Made by a program: the position numbers and the translations under genes. The notes beneath the pieces were generated by a model. It searched no databases and was not told the origin of the DNA. It saw only the letters and a program-made list of their open reading frames with translations. DNA of 64,000 nt from a virus. Location of the stretch: IMG/VR virus record IMGVR_UViG_3300044712_000833, positions 65,716 through 129,715 of that record. One strand, written 5' to 3'. Shown piece after piece: positions 30,510-42,532 of the stretch (position 1 is its first letter; each line of letters starts with the position of its first letter).

Positions 30510-31007
30510 TTATTTGTCAAGGGGCAATTTATAAATATAAACATCTAATGTTGGATAACATTTTAGAGCATCTTTAATAAGAGATAAAACAATATCCCAA
30601 TCGCCACCACCCAACCCACATCCAATACCATAAGGAATAGCGACAGACAGATTAAGATTTTCGGCGTAAATAAAAACAGAATTTAATCCATTAATAAGAG
30701 AGAAATAATTCGTGTGTCTCCTGTCTGTACCATAATTTTCTTGACCAAAAATAGATGCTATGTATTGAACCCTATATTTATCGTCGCTTATTCCAAACCA
30801 ATAAACCAAGCCCTCAATCGATATTTCATTGAATTTATATTTTTCACACATCAAAATATAATCATCTAATATATTGGGATATTTCTGTCTAATTTGTTTT
30901 GCTAATCCAGAACCCATTACTTTTTTATGATTCACAGATTGAACAATAATGTTTGCGTGAGAGTCTAAAATATTCCCTTCTACAAATTCAATTCCGAAAA
31001 ATTTCAT
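30510..31007 (-). CDS. macro domain (ADP-ribose processing) protein
   Basis: EGNIL, QSVN..VMGSGLA, PYGIGCGLGGGDW. Confidence 0.92.
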   Translation of the reverse strand: MKFFGIEFVEGNILDSHANIIVQSVNHKKVMGSGLAKQIRQKYPNILDDYILMCEKYKFNEISIEGLVYWFGISDDKYRVQYIASIFGQENYGTDRRHTNYFSLINGLNSVFIYAENLNLSVAIPYGIGCGLGGGDWDIVLSLIKDALKCYPTLDVYIYKLPLDK

Positions 31008-31036
31008 ATTTTATCCTTTATAAAACTGCTATTTTA

Positions 31037-31393
31037 TTATTCTTTAAATCTCAAAGGGACTAAACCAATTGTAGAACGATGACCTCTGTACTTTAAATTT
31101 GCATCTGTTTGTTGCTGAATTTGAAAATCAATCGGGAGTCCTGTCATTTTCTCTCCTAATGCAGAAAAAGCCATACACAAAGAAATCCATTTAGCATTAT
31201 CTAGACATTCATCAGGTTTTCCAAAGCCCATTTTTTCATAATCATCATCTGATAAAATCAATCTAACATCAACGTCTCTCCATATTTTATTATCCAAAGA
31301 TGATCCAACATGATAAGGAGGAACTCCAAAAGCGTCCCAAACTTTTGATCCAAATTCATTTAAAAATAAATGTTGTGGCATTCCTACGCCCAT
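31037..31393 (-). CDS. minimal nucleotidyltransferase-like protein
   Basis: YHVGSSL...RDVDVRL, PIDFQ. Confidence 0.65.
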   Translation of the reverse strand: MGVGMPQHLFLNEFGSKVWDAFGVPPYHVGSSLDNKIWRDVDVRLILSDDDYEKMGFGKPDECLDNAKWISLCMAFSALGEKMTGLPIDFQIQQQTDANLKYRGHRSTIGLVPLRFKE

Positions 31394-31394
31394 A

Positions 31395-31502
31395 TTATAA
31401 CTCCTTCATTGTCTCAATTACTTGTTCAATTGAAATAGGGTAAAAATTGTGGCAATCTACACCAATGTCAAAAGATTTTCCATAAGAGGACATATTGCCA
31501 TT
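31395..31502 (-). pseudogene. C-terminal fragment of a metallophosphoesterase
   Basis: Manual translation NGNMSSYGKSFDIGVDCHNFYPISIEQVIETMKEL*. Confidence 0.6.
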
Positions 31503-32272
31503 TTTATTCCTTAACATATTGAACTCTGTCGGTATAAAAAGTATCCATTTTACTACCATCTTGTAGAAAACACTCTACATAAAATTGATTGTCAGACTCT
31601 TTATAAAAACAGTCCCATCTGTTTTCATAATACCGTTTAGCACCTAAGCCATCTCCAAAAATCCAATATGATCCTTCCAATGGCATTCGAGGAGAACAGG
31701 CTAATAAAATAAAAACTGTTATTGATAAAAACAATATTTTATTCATAAATTTAAACATATCTAAAATGACGCTCCTCTTGTTCTAAAACTTCCTGTAACC
31801 AAATTGGGAAATCTTCCGCTTTTTTACCCTTCCATTTTTTACCGCATTCACAAACGATTTCGAGAGAAGCGTATTTTTCTATATCCCATTCGTTAGACCA
31901 ATCATTTTCAATCTTTGCCTCATGATAATTATCTTCATTCTTTTTAATAGACAATTCAGTTACATGAAAAGTTAATAAGTCTTTATATATTTTTAGTCTT
32001 TCATGTCTGCATTTATTATTAAAAAGGGTTGGTTTTATGATTGCTTTTGGTTCTAAAAACATAATCCCATCCTTAAATGGTTGCTTCGTCAGGTTTATCA
32101 AAAACTCGTTGCAATTGAAAAGCTCTGACAAATGTTGGATGCCCGTCATCGGCAGAATAAATTTTTATCCAATTTTCATCTTTAGTCAAAGGAGGAATTA
32201 CTGGTTCACCCTCATAAATTCTACCTTCGGTTAACCATAAGTCCAGAGAATCTTTTACAACACATTTATATT

Positions 32273-32896
32273 TCATAAGAGACCTAAAAGTGCCTTGCTT
32301 TGATTAGTGGTAAACAATTTGTTAACAATGGCTTTTCTTAAGTTTTCTTCTCCGGTATTCGAATATACGGTAACATCCAAATTTATATTATCCAAATCTG
32401 TTTCTGAAGGATGAAGTCTTTGGGAAGGACTTAAAGAATTTTCGTAATTAAGTCTTCCTATTCTTACAGAAGTATAGCAAAGGGGGTTATATTCTTCAAA
32501 AATACTAATTTCATTTTTGAAACGAGTATCATCTAAAATAAAATAATCAAATTCTCCATCAAAAGTCGTAATAAAATCAAAAACTGTTTTTGCCCAAAAA
32601 TCAGGATTTTTCTTTCTAACAACGTCTGTTCCCAATCGTTGAAGTAACGATCTTCCTTCTTCATTTTTCTTTCCATCCCATTTATAATAGGATTTACAAA
32701 TAAACTTCAAATAACCAGCGAAAGACATGATAAGAGCAGTTTTACCTAGAGATTCAATTTCCTCTTTGATAATATTAGCCGCAAGAGTCTTTCCTGATTC
32801 AGCTTTTCCAGCAAGTAAAATTACATGACTCATCATACAGATATAATCTCCTGTCCATTCTTTTGTTTTGAAAAGAAGTCTACAACTTCTATCCAA
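32273..32896 (-). CDS. deoxynucleoside monophosphate kinase
   Basis: GKAESGKT, SFA..LK, RSLLQRLGTD, DTRFKNE, HPSE. Confidence 0.9.
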   Translation of the reverse strand: MDRSCRLLFKTKEWTGDYICMMSHVILLAGKAESGKTLAANIIKEEIESLGKTALIMSFAGYLKFICKSYYKWDGKKNEEGRSLLQRLGTDVVRKKNPDFWAKTVFDFITTFDGEFDYFILDDTRFKNEISIFEEYNPLCYTSVRIGRLNYENSLSPSQRLHPSETDLDNINLDVTVYSNTGEENLRKAIVNKLFTTNQSKALLGLL

Positions 32897-33384
32897 TTAT
32901 TTACTCTCGGATACCCAGTTAAATATTTATTCCACTCTTTCGTATATATAACACCTTTTCCATACGCTTTTATTACATTTTCTGGTCTGTCGTCTACAAG
33001 ATAATCACAAGCAATAAGGCTTTTATCTAAAGCTTCAAAATAATCTTCTCTTTTTGTAATCAACCCATGCTTTTGTAACCATATATATTTTGCGTTTGTT
33101 TGTTCTGGAGTAGAAGCAGTTACGAAAATAACTCTATACCCCATATTTCTAAGAGTGCTAACTCCAAAAAAAGAATTTTTTTCTGGAAGAATGTCATCAT
33201 AAAGATTAGGAAGTTTTAGATAATCATACATTTTACTTCCAATCTTAGTATAATCCCCTATATTCCAATCTTTTATATCCGACTCTTGCAAAACATCATT
33301 GTGATCGAAATTATAATACTGTAACCATCTAGAAACCAGTTTGGCAATAGTGTCATCTACATCTATACCAACAATTTTATTCAT
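32833..33384 (-). CDS. 5'(3')-deoxyribonucleotidase (HAD)
   Basis: DVDDT, VTA, K..WL, LVDD, WN. Confidence 0.9.
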   Translation of the reverse strand: MNKIVGIDVDDTIAKLVSRWLQYYNFDHNDVLQESDIKDWNIGDYTKIGSKMYDYLKLPNLYDDILPEKNSFFGVSTLRNMGYRVIFVTASTPEQTNAKYIWLQKHGLITKREDYFEALDKSLIACDYLVDDRPENVIKAYGKGVIYTKEWNKYLTGYPRVNNWIEVVDFFSKQKNGQEIISV

Positions 33385-33881
33385 AAAATTTTCCTTTTAT
33401 TTCTTCATCTCCAAAACATAAGTCACAGCCAAATCTTTATTGTCATCCCATAAATCCAAATCTTCCTTTAGCGGTTCAACTGAATTATTTATAATTGTCT
33501 TAAACACTCTTTCCAGTTCTGGAGAATTCTTTTTGAAGTCCATCGTTTTACCACCTTCCCAAAGATATTTTCGGTATTTGAAAATTCTCACTGAAGCGAT
33601 TTGAGTTTCTTTGTCACAAAAAATCTTTACTTCTTTAGTTGTTGAAGTTCTCATATTATCTCCTATTTCAATGCGATCAAAACTGAACTCTGCACAGATA
33701 AACTAATAACATCTTCTTTGTCGAAAATATAATATCCATCCCCTCTCAAAATATCAAGTCTATATCTTCCTTCAGTTGTTGTTTTCTTTAAAAGACCATA
33801 GAGAGACATCTTTTCATTAAAGATATTGACAAACGACCCAACATGTTCTTGCAGTTCTTTATTATTCATAAAATGTCCATT

Positions 33882-34283
33882 CTATACAACTTCAAAAAAA
33901 ATTGATGTTTCTAAACCCGGATTATCTTTACAGTAAATTTTTAGTCTTGTTTTTCCTTTTCTGTTTCCATAAATCCATCCGTCATTTGAAACAAGAAGAA
34001 CTCCGTAATTTTCAGATTCAAAATTTAACCAAGTATTCAATAGTGAAAAAGGTGCGTTTGAGTTTGGAATTCCAAAAACTTTTAATTCTTTCTTACTTCC
34101 GTAATAAACACTTGTGTCTCCCCCTTGAACACCGATTGCAATTAAATCTTCTAAATAATAATTTATGTGATTTCTAATGTTTGTTTGTTCAATATTTTTG
34201 GGGATTATAGGTGCGCCACAACGAGGACATTCTCTATCTTCTGGAAATAATTTTGTAGAACAAAAATCACAATTAGTAATCAT
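33882..34283 (-). CDS. Zn-ribbon plus Ig-like domain protein
   Basis: CDFC/CPRCGAP; beta-rich C-terminus VSNDG.I.G..KGKT. Confidence 0.55.
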   Translation of the reverse strand: MITNCDFCSTKLFPEDRECPRCGAPIIPKNIEQTNIRNHINYYLEDLIAIGVQGGDTSVYYGSKKELKVFGIPNSNAPFSLLNTWLNFESENYGVLLVSNDGWIYGNRKGKTRLKIYCKDNPGLETSIFFEVV

Positions 34284-35023
34284 AAAACTCCAATTCTATT
34301 AACTTGTTTCGTCCATCCACAAACTGTGAAATAATGCGGCGAAGCCGAGCGATGGTGAAAACAGAGGGCTAAAAAACTTTTCTCTAGTAAAAAATACAAT
34401 TCCCATCATAATGAGAATAAAAAAATAAAACAATAATCCACTAACAGTTATTTCTCTCATTTATTATTTTCCTCTTTTGTCAATGATTTCTTAATTTGAT
34501 CTTGATAAATTTTTATTTCATTGTTTACTTCGGATAAAGAAGTGATTCTTTGTGGAAGAACAACTTCTTTTAACCAAGCAACCATGTTTGAAAATAAAAT
34601 AGTTAAATCTTCTCCGTAACATCTTTCAAATAATGATTGTGGCATATTGTAATCTCCTTCCGTTCCATCCGTTGTCTCAACGGTATACAATCCATCACTA
34701 CACCACACTTTATATTCTCTATAAGAATATATTCTATCATCATATGTCAATCGATATAATTTTTTAATTTCCATTTTATCCTCATAAAATCACTCTTCTA
34801 TCCATCTATCCCAATTGTATTTTCAACGAGACTTATAAAATCATCAATGGCTGTTTTTAGTTCATCATATCCGTTTGGAACATGATTGTTGTTCTCGTAC
34901 CATTCTGGGTAAAAGGTCGATAACATGGATTCTAGTTCTCCTTTTGCTCTTGCCCACGCCATTGCTCTTAATGTAGAAAGCATTTCTTTATCCATCTATT
35001 CTCCTGTTAATAAAATCGCGGTT

Positions 35024-35770
35024 TTATTTATTTTTTTCCACAACAATAATTCTTGTCTTAACCATTGTTCCAGATTCTTTGAATTCACCAGCGTCTAATT
35101 CAATAATTTTTCCATTGTTTTCTTCAAGCCATGATCTAAACTCTTTACTCAAACTATTTTCTCTGAAAAAAGGACTCTCAGAGACGACTGATACTAAACG
35201 ACCACCCTTCTTCAAACAATCCCACATATGGAAAACATGCTTAACGTCTTGTTGTTTCGTAAATGGAGGATTTGCAATAATTTTATCAAACTTTTCAATT
35301 GGACTCCAAGATAAGAAGTCAATGTGAGCGACTGAATATCCCTTGTCCTTTAAGACCTTGCAATTCTCTGGCATCAGTTCAACGGCTACATAAGCGTTGT
35401 TTTTAGGAAATTCTTCTAGAATTGATCCTTGTCCAGCAGAAGGTTCAAGCAACATATCTCTCGATTGAATATCTGCCAATCCAATCATTTGGAGGACAAT
35501 ATCTTTCGGAGTTGGGAAATATTGATACTCTTTTTTCTTATCTGTCCATTCTCCTGTATTAATCATCTCATCAATATCGTCTGAGGGATTATGGTCAAAC
35601 AAGTGACCTTTCAATTTACGATTCCACTTTCCTCCGATACTCTCCAAACACTTGTTAACATCCGTATAAAGTTTTCGATCCAATTGAATGTCTGGAAGAA
35701 AAAGAAGATTTGACTCTTCTTCAACGGTAGACGTTTTTAAAATATTTAGAACTTCTTGTTTAATTTTCAT
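35024..35770 (-). CDS. N6-adenine DNA methyltransferase
   Basis: YFPTP, LEPSAGQG, IANPPF, GEFKESGT. Confidence 0.9.
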   Translation of the reverse strand: MKIKQEVLNILKTSTVEEESNLLFLPDIQLDRKLYTDVNKCLESIGGKWNRKLKGHLFDHNPSDDIDEMINTGEWTDKKKEYQYFPTPKDIVLQMIGLADIQSRDMLLEPSAGQGSILEEFPKNNAYVAVELMPENCKVLKDKGYSVAHIDFLSWSPIEKFDKIIANPPFTKQQDVKHVFHMWDCLKKGGRLVSVVSESPFFRENSLSKEFRSWLEENNGKIIELDAGEFKESGTMVKTRIIVVEKNK

Positions 35771-36461
35771 TTTATATTTTCCTCATTTAAATTATCTGAT
35801 TGACATCTTCACAGTGTAAATATCCAAATCGCTACGCAAAGCACCTGTACCGAAATACAAATAACTATCAAATCTCATTCCCCTAATAGAGTCAGGGTTA
35901 TTGTAGTAAATAAATTCGCATCCTTCATATAATCCTTCTTGTGACCATTTATAAAGAGCAATATCTATAAATGTTTCAAATTCTCTTATACTCCCTGCTA
36001 TCACAAGAACTTTTCGACTATTTATTTTTGAAAACAATTCTTCAAGACTATTCATCGACACTCTCAAATGGATCAAAAGGTTCTGCTACCTTTCTGTCTC
36101 CAAATTCTCGTTGATAATCTCTTCCTGCTTGAAAACAAAACCAAATGATTTGATGAATTTGTTCATAAGGAATTCCTTGTAGAACAGAATAATTAGCTAC
36201 TTGACAAACCTTCTTTTCTGATTCTGTCAATTCAATTGCATCAGACATTTTTACTCCAATCTATAATTATGTCCCAATTGTTTTTGCAGGATTGGCACTT
36301 TTTGGTCTCCACACTGTATCCTTGATCTGAAAAATGTTTTTCAATCCCATTCGCCGTTTCGGTATTCATTTCGGCTGAAATCAAATACAACTTCTTTCTT
36401 CCTTTATTTTTCAATCTGATAATGTCTTCTGTTAGTTCTTTTATCCATTCGCTTTTCTTTT

Positions 36462-37160
36462 TCATAAAATAGGAGTTTCCTTTCCGTGTTCTGGTGAAAT
36501 ATCACCACCAATAAAAACTCTATCCGTTGCAACGCAAGCATCTAATGACAAAAATGATCCTGCACAGGGGTCTAAGATAACGTCTCCAATATTTGTAACC
36601 GATTCAATCAAAGTCTTTGTTAGTAACATAGGTTTTTTGTGAGGATGACCTAACCTTGGATTATCTATTTTTTCAACCCAAGTATCTCGAATGCTTTTGT
36701 TTTTCCAGTTTTTAGTCGTCTTTGGTAATTTCTGATAAATAAGTAATTCTTCGTTTGTTCTCCTGCTTCTTGATCCCATACCAAAAGACTCTTTGTACCA
36801 AACAATTTTATCTACAAGACTAAATGTATCGGAAAAATATTTATCAGACCTCATCCAATCCAAATGAATACCTTCAGCAACAGTAAATTTATCTACCCAT
36901 AAAAATAAATATGATGATGGAGTCAAAACCCTTCCTATTTCAAGCAAAAACCGAACAATCAACTCGTCGCTCATTTGAGCAAGTGCTGATCGCTTGACCA
37001 TTCTACTTTTTCCCTCATTTCCAAATTTTAATTTATCTAACCCCTTCCTATATTGAGGATCGAAGATAGATAGATTTACACTATTCGACTCCAAATAAGA
37101 TAGAAGAGCAAGACCGTCGCATAATAGTTTTTTATTTTGATTATTTTCTAAAAAAGTCAT
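36462..37160 (-). CDS. DNA N4/N6 methyltransferase
   Basis: FDPQY, HPHKKP, LDPCAGS. Confidence 0.88.
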   Translation of the reverse strand: MTFLENNQNKKLLCDGLALLSYLESNSVNLSIFDPQYRKGLDKLKFGNEGKSRMVKRSALAQMSDELIVRFLLEIGRVLTPSSYLFLWVDKFTVAEGIHLDWMRSDKYFSDTFSLVDKIVWYKESFGMGSRSRRTNEELLIYQKLPKTTKNWKNKSIRDTWVEKIDNPRLGHPHKKPMLLTKTLIESVTNIGDVILDPCAGSFLSLDACVATDRVFIGGDISPEHGKETPIL

Positions 37161-37889
37161 GCAATAACTCCTATTTTTGGGTATGGGAGAGTCTTATCTT
37201 TTATAAATTCAAAATTCTTTCGTTTTACTCTCTTGTTCCCTCTTAGAAAAACATATCTGTGTTTTCCAGAACTTTCTTTATAAGTCCATCCATATATTTT
37301 CATCAATTCACTGTTTGACATGCTTTTATATTCTGGATGTCTCATTTTGTATATTCCCAAAAGACGAGGGTGTTTTTCTACTCCATCTTCTGTGACTAAA
37401 ACTTTTCCTCCATTTGACATACCACAATAATACCAGTTAGTCGCCTGATATATATCCTGCATGATTTTGGGATGGGTCTGCAAATGATACTAGTATTTCG
37501 ACCTCTTCATGGAGAAGTTTAATCGCTTCAGAAATAAGTTTGCTTTCCGTGTTTCTTGGCATCCCATCTGCACTCCACATTCTAGTTAACTCCAAATACT
37601 GACCATTTTCAATATTTGGAAATAGTGCCGTATATTGATTTTTTCCAGAACCCATTCCAAAAACAATTACTCCAGCAAGCTTATCTCCGTAATATCCAGC
37701 ATAAACGTATTTTGTGCTATCTGGCATTGTTTTAGAGTAATGATATGTTGCAATGTATGGTCTAGCAAATTTTACGTCCACTTGTTTTACCAACATCTGA
37801 GAAACTGGAATGTTATTGTAATTCAATTCTTCAAAATTTGATTTATCTAAATATTCTTTTCTAGCTTTATCATCAAATGTTTTTGTCAT
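37157..37889 (-). pseudogene. second Mom-like GNAT, split by a frameshift in an (AT)4 tract
   Basis: Upstream frame ends SFADPSQNHAGYI; downstream frame continues IYQATNW. Confidence 0.8.
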
Positions 37890-38583
37890 TTATTTTCCTT
37901 AATGAATAAAAGTCTTGTTCTATCAATCATTTGTTACGGCAATTCTCAATCTTTCAGGTTCAACCCAACTAATCCAACCAGTCGAAGTCCATTCGATTTT
38001 TATTTTACCGCTTACCACTTCTCCAGTGAGAACGTGGGCAGGATACCACTTTTTGTCAAAACTATCTTGGGCTTCATATTCAATACGTTTAGTTGTTTCA
38101 TTTTGATTCAACATAAAAACTCCATTTTATTCATTCACCATAAACATATTGTGAACAATAGTTTGTTTTCCATTAAATTCTGCCGTAAAGTAATGAGTAG
38201 GCTTTTCGTAAAAAACACCAAAGGTTTTCTTTAGTGTTTGGAACTCTTCCTCTGAAAATACCCAAGCGTCTTTGCTTGTTTCATGACGATACCACCAAAG
38301 TCCTTTTGCTAAATAATAGCAAACATCACCTTCTTGACGACAAACAACATATCCATTCATAAAATTATCCTTTTATTTATTATTGATTTCGTCTTCATAA
38401 ATAATGAAAAAGTGTGTTCCGCAAATATCGCATATAAAACCGTCACATTCCTCACAAATAATTCTTCTTCCTTCAACTTCAAACGGAATATGATTGCAAT
38501 GGGGATCAAGTACTCTAGCATTTTCAGGGTATCTGTATAAAAATTTACTCATTTATTTTCTCCTAATAAAATATCACTTTTAT

Positions 38584-39099
38584 TTACAAATTTGCGAGAC
38601 CTTGTGGGTCTGTTCTAAAGTCCTCGGAGTTCCAATAAACATATTTTTCTCTTTTTTGTTTCCACTCTCCAGTTTCGTAATCTTTTTCATAATGGGTATG
38701 ATAATCAATATAGTTTTCCATTTCTTTTATCTTAGAAATAGACTCCCAAAAAATTTTCTTTTCTCCGCTTGAGTCTTCTATAACAAAACAAATTCTGACA
38801 TCAACTTTTTCTTGAACCTCTACAATTTGATAACTCTTATAAGATTTTAATTTCATTGCTATTGCGTTTTGTCTTCCATTAAAGTATCCTGTATACCCTT
38901 TAACCTCTACCAGTAAAGAAAGTTTGTTTTCATTATAAAACTCTAAATCAGGGTACGCCACCCAAAAGTCAAGATTGGGATATTTTTTGGCTTGCGGAAG
39001 AGTTTTGCCACTCTTGTCTTTCGGTTCAAAAAACTTCCATGCACCTAAATTAGAATATCTATTGAGCAAATTCATTACGTAAGATTCACTCAGATACAT
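38584..39099 (-). CDS. PD-(D/E)XK nuclease-like protein
   Basis: YPDLE...LVEVKG. Confidence 0.7.
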   Translation of the reverse strand: MYLSESYVMNLLNRYSNLGAWKFFEPKDKSGKTLPQAKKYPNLDFWVAYPDLEFYNENKLSLLVEVKGYTGYFNGRQNAIAMKLKSYKSYQIVEVQEKVDVRICFVIEDSSGEKKIFWESISKIKEMENYIDYHTHYEKDYETGEWKQKREKYVYWNSEDFRTDPQGLANL

Positions 39100-39452
39100 C
39101 TTTTTGTTCCTTTTGAATAGATTTTATAAAATTATCTATGTCAAAATCTTCATCAATCATTTTTTCACCGTTTGGTAAAACTGACTCATTTACTTCTCTA
39201 GGAACTTCAACTATCCCTCCATCGTCTCGTTTAGCGTATAATGGCATTTCTTGTTCACATTGTTTAAAACCTTCTACATATGCCAACTCAAGCATTTGTT
39301 TTATAGATAGAGACGTTAAATTCTCTGATTTCTCAGAAAATATGGAAAACCACTTTTCAAATTCGTTATTCATATATTTTCTCCTTAAATAAATTAAACC
39401 AAGATTTCTAACTTGGTTTAATTTTATCACATCTCTATTAAATTGTCAAGAG

Positions 39453-40268
39453 CTATTTTGAACCTGCAAGCATTGATCTCATGTTGCTAGTAAGGATTTC
39501 TGCAAAACCACAAAGAATGGTAACAATAATCATAACGCTTATAACTAAGAGATTGTATAACCACTTCATTCCAATAAAGTTTTCTGGAGTGAAAAGAACA
39601 AGCGTAGGGGAAACGTCTAAGAGAGTATCGATTACCCACAAAAATAACGCTGTCCACAAAAAACCCCTAACATCGTTAGGAATGTTTTTCCACATTCTAG
39701 GACTCAATATCCACTTAGCAGAAATACCTCTTTTTTGAATAAGAGACCACATGTAAATTTGTATGGCAGATGCCCCCATAGACAGTATTGATCCAAAACC
39801 AAAACCGTTAACGAAAGTTAAGGTGTTGATTTTTGTATTGATAATCAAACTGATACCAATAGACCCCATGATAAAATCCGCAAGGTTCGATGCAATAATA
39901 CCGCCAACAATCATTACTCCTTTTATAATATCCAAGGCAATTTCTGTTGCAGTAAATACCCACCCCCAAGCTGTTTCAGACATACCAGTTCGTTGAGAAT
40001 TAATATATTGAGAACTCTTTGGTAGATTTGCTGTTAAATCTTTTCTTTTGTCTGGTGTATGTTGATACGGATATACTTTTTTTGTTTCTTCCATTCTACT
40101 TTGTTCGGTATAATTTGTAGGTTTTGTATTATAGGATGTAGTGTAAGGATAATTCGTATTTGTTTTTTCTCTTTCTTCTTTTACGACTTTTCCAATATCC
40201 AACGCGCTAATAGGAACAGGATTGTTTTTTCTTTTTTCTTCTATTTGTGATCTCAAACTATTGTTCAT
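39453..40268 (-). CDS. multi-pass membrane protein
   Basis: Several hydrophobic segments after a polar N-terminus. Confidence 0.75.
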   Translation of the reverse strand: MNNSLRSQIEEKRKNNPVPISALDIGKVVKEEREKTNTNYPYTTSYNTKPTNYTEQSRMEETKKVYPYQHTPDKRKDLTANLPKSSQYINSQRTGMSETAWGWVFTATEIALDIIKGVMIVGGIIASNLADFIMGSIGISLIINTKINTLTFVNGFGFGSILSMGASAIQIYMWSLIQKRGISAKWILSPRMWKNIPNDVRGFLWTALFLWVIDTLLDVSPTLVLFTPENFIGMKWLYNLLVISVMIIVTILCGFAEILTSNMRSMLAGSK

Positions 40269-40502
40269 AAAATCAACCTTTTATCAATTCTGCCATTTCT
40301 CTATACTGTTCAATTCGATAAGGAAACAAATTGGTTCCAAACATCACAAGGCTGAGATGTCTTGGATGTTTGAACTCTTCTATAAAATTTTTATTTTCAA
40401 TTCCTTGTAATATCTCATTCAATTTTTGAATGTAGGTTGGGTTTGTAGACTCAGAAATCATCCATTTAATTATTATAGAATAAACCTGAGAGTCTGTGTT
40501 CA

Positions 40503-41411
40503 TTAGTGCGCTCGTTTGTCTGCATCATGGAGCATTTCAAGAAAATAGAATAAATCTTCCCCGACAATAGATTTTAGTTTTTCCTTAGCCTTATCCGTCT
40601 TGACATCGTACATTCTCATGTGGTAGTTAATCAAAGTGATTGCGTTAATCAAATCAACCATTCTTGTAACTTTAGTGTCAAGATAAAACATGGCTTCATA
40701 CGCGCTAACGTTTTCGTGATTGAAATATCTTGCGATTACTTTGTCCTCTTTTTCTTCAAAACTCTGAACCATAGGTTTGCCACAATCATGAAGGAGACCA
40801 GCCAGTTCAACCCACTTATCAACATTGTTCATGGAAAGGTACTCTGCGACTTTACGACTGTGTATTCCAAGCGTCATGGAATGATAAGGGTTCATTTGGT
40901 CAAAATGATCCGCAAAAGACAAATATTCATCCAAATCATAAACGGTTTCATCATAATTGTATTCGATGTCAATTAAATCCCAACCTTCAGTCGGAGTCGG
41001 AAACTGAAAAGATTTCCACATTCTGTCGATAACTTCTTTGGGAACAACACGAGAACGGCTCTGATTGTTTTCAACACAACGACCATAAGAAGTTGCAAGC
41101 ACAATACATTCCTTGACTACGTTATTACCCAACTTTTGAAGAAGGGCTACTCTATGTTTTCGGGAAACATTAGTGGCATCAAAAACAACGTTCAACCCAT
41201 TCGAGAGATTGGCTAAAATGTCATTATGAATAATTTCAAACAACTTATTATTATCTCCCTGAATTTCAGGTTTTCCGTAAAATATCTCTCGGTAAGCATC
41301 AGACTCAATAATCAGAGTCTTGTCTGATCCGTATGTGTCTTTTAGTTTTTTGGCGCATGTAGACTTTCCACTTCCTACCAGCCCTACTAACATTGTAAAA
41401 GTAACGCTCAT
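40503..41411 (-). CDS. polynucleotide kinase (AAA_33) fused to HD phosphohydrolase
   Basis: GLVGSGKST, DATN; LLHDCGK, HENVSA, HM, HDAD. Confidence 0.9.
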   Translation of the reverse strand: MSVTFTMLVGLVGSGKSTCAKKLKDTYGSDKTLIIESDAYREIFYGKPEIQGDNNKLFEIIHNDILANLSNGLNVVFDATNVSRKHRVALLQKLGNNVVKECIVLATSYGRCVENNQSRSRVVPKEVIDRMWKSFQFPTPTEGWDLIDIEYNYDETVYDLDEYLSFADHFDQMNPYHSMTLGIHSRKVAEYLSMNNVDKWVELAGLLHDCGKPMVQSFEEKEDKVIARYFNHENVSAYEAMFYLDTKVTRMVDLINAITLINYHMRMYDVKTDKAKEKLKSIVGEDLFYFLEMLHDADKRAH

Positions 41412-42532
41412 TGTTTAGCTCCTATTGAAACAAGTAATTTTTCACTATCAATACTCAAAATCCAACTCAAAATAGATTCTTTATTATTTGAAACCTTATT
41501 ATCTAAAAGAAGAAAAAATAGAGAAGGACACGAAGTTTCTTTAGCCCACATAGCAAAATCTTTTCTTGTTGAAAAACTTAGATTTTTATATTGTTCGTAA
41601 TCATGTAAAACATTATCGATGTACACGACAAATTTGTTTTTTACATAGTCAAAATAGTCTTTATACTCTGGATAAATAGATAAAAAATCGTCATCTCCGT
41701 TTACTTTTATCATATCTAAGACTCTGGAATAGGTAATAACTCCATTATTCTTCAAGTGATGAGCGGACACATAAGCAGGGGACTTAATTTTAACTCTGTT
41801 ATAATTTTTATCTACTACAACATATCCCTCTGCGCTAAAAGGTAAATTTTCAGCGGCGGATAAACATTCTTCTAAAGTATTCAACGGATAAGAATACGGC
41901 TTTTCAATCCCTATTTCCAATTCTTCTTCTAAAAGAGTTATGTTATTTCTTGATCCAATATGAAACAACTTTGTTTTCTGATATGGAACGACGACTCTGT
42001 TATAAGGGCTTACCAATTCAAAAATATAAGTATAATTCTTATCTAAACTATTTTTCCAATTTTGATAATCAATTCCTTCAAGTACAAAAGCATATCTAAA
42101 CAAATCATAGTAATCATCTAAACGAACTTCTCCGTTATTAACAAATACGGAATTCATTAACTCTGCGTCTGAGGCATTAATTGTTCCGTTTGTTGAAACA
42201 TGCCAGATATTTCCATGCCACCAAAGTTTTATAATTAATCCATCTAACTTCTCTAAAACACTAACTCCCGAATTCCAATCTATTTCATGGGCATTGGTTT
42301 CTTGAACATTAAAGAATTTGAAAAAAGGAACACAAACTGGAGTCAATGTTGGCTCATGTAAAATAATTCCTCTACATTCTTGAACAATACGCAAAGACAT
42401 ATTGCTTTCAATTCCATACTTAAAAAGAGTATAATCACCATCTCTCTTTATGGATAAACTATAAGGAGAACTAGACAGAACTTCTTCCCAATTATCATTA
42501 TTTTTTATAAAATCTACTAATTTCAAATTCAT
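41408..42532 (-). CDS. Rnl1-like RNA ligase
   Basis: ECRG, PFFKFFN, EKLDG, FEL, EGYVV, RVKIK; promoter at 42553-42581. Confidence 0.92.
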   Translation of the reverse strand: MNLKLVDFIKNNDNWEEVLSSSPYSLSIKRDGDYTLFKYGIESNMSLRIVQECRGIILHEPTLTPVCVPFFKFFNVQETNAHEIDWNSGVSVLEKLDGLIIKLWWHGNIWHVSTNGTINASDAELMNSVFVNNGEVRLDDYYDLFRYAFVLEGIDYQNWKNSLDKNYTYIFELVSPYNRVVVPYQKTKLFHIGSRNNITLLEEELEIGIEKPYSYPLNTLEECLSAAENLPFSAEGYVVVDKNYNRVKIKSPAYVSAHHLKNNGVITYSRVLDMIKVNGDDDFLSIYPEYKDYFDYVKNKFVVYIDNVLHDYEQYKNLSFSTRKDFAMWAKETSCPSLFFLLLDNKVSNNKESILSWILSIDSEKLLVSIGAKQ

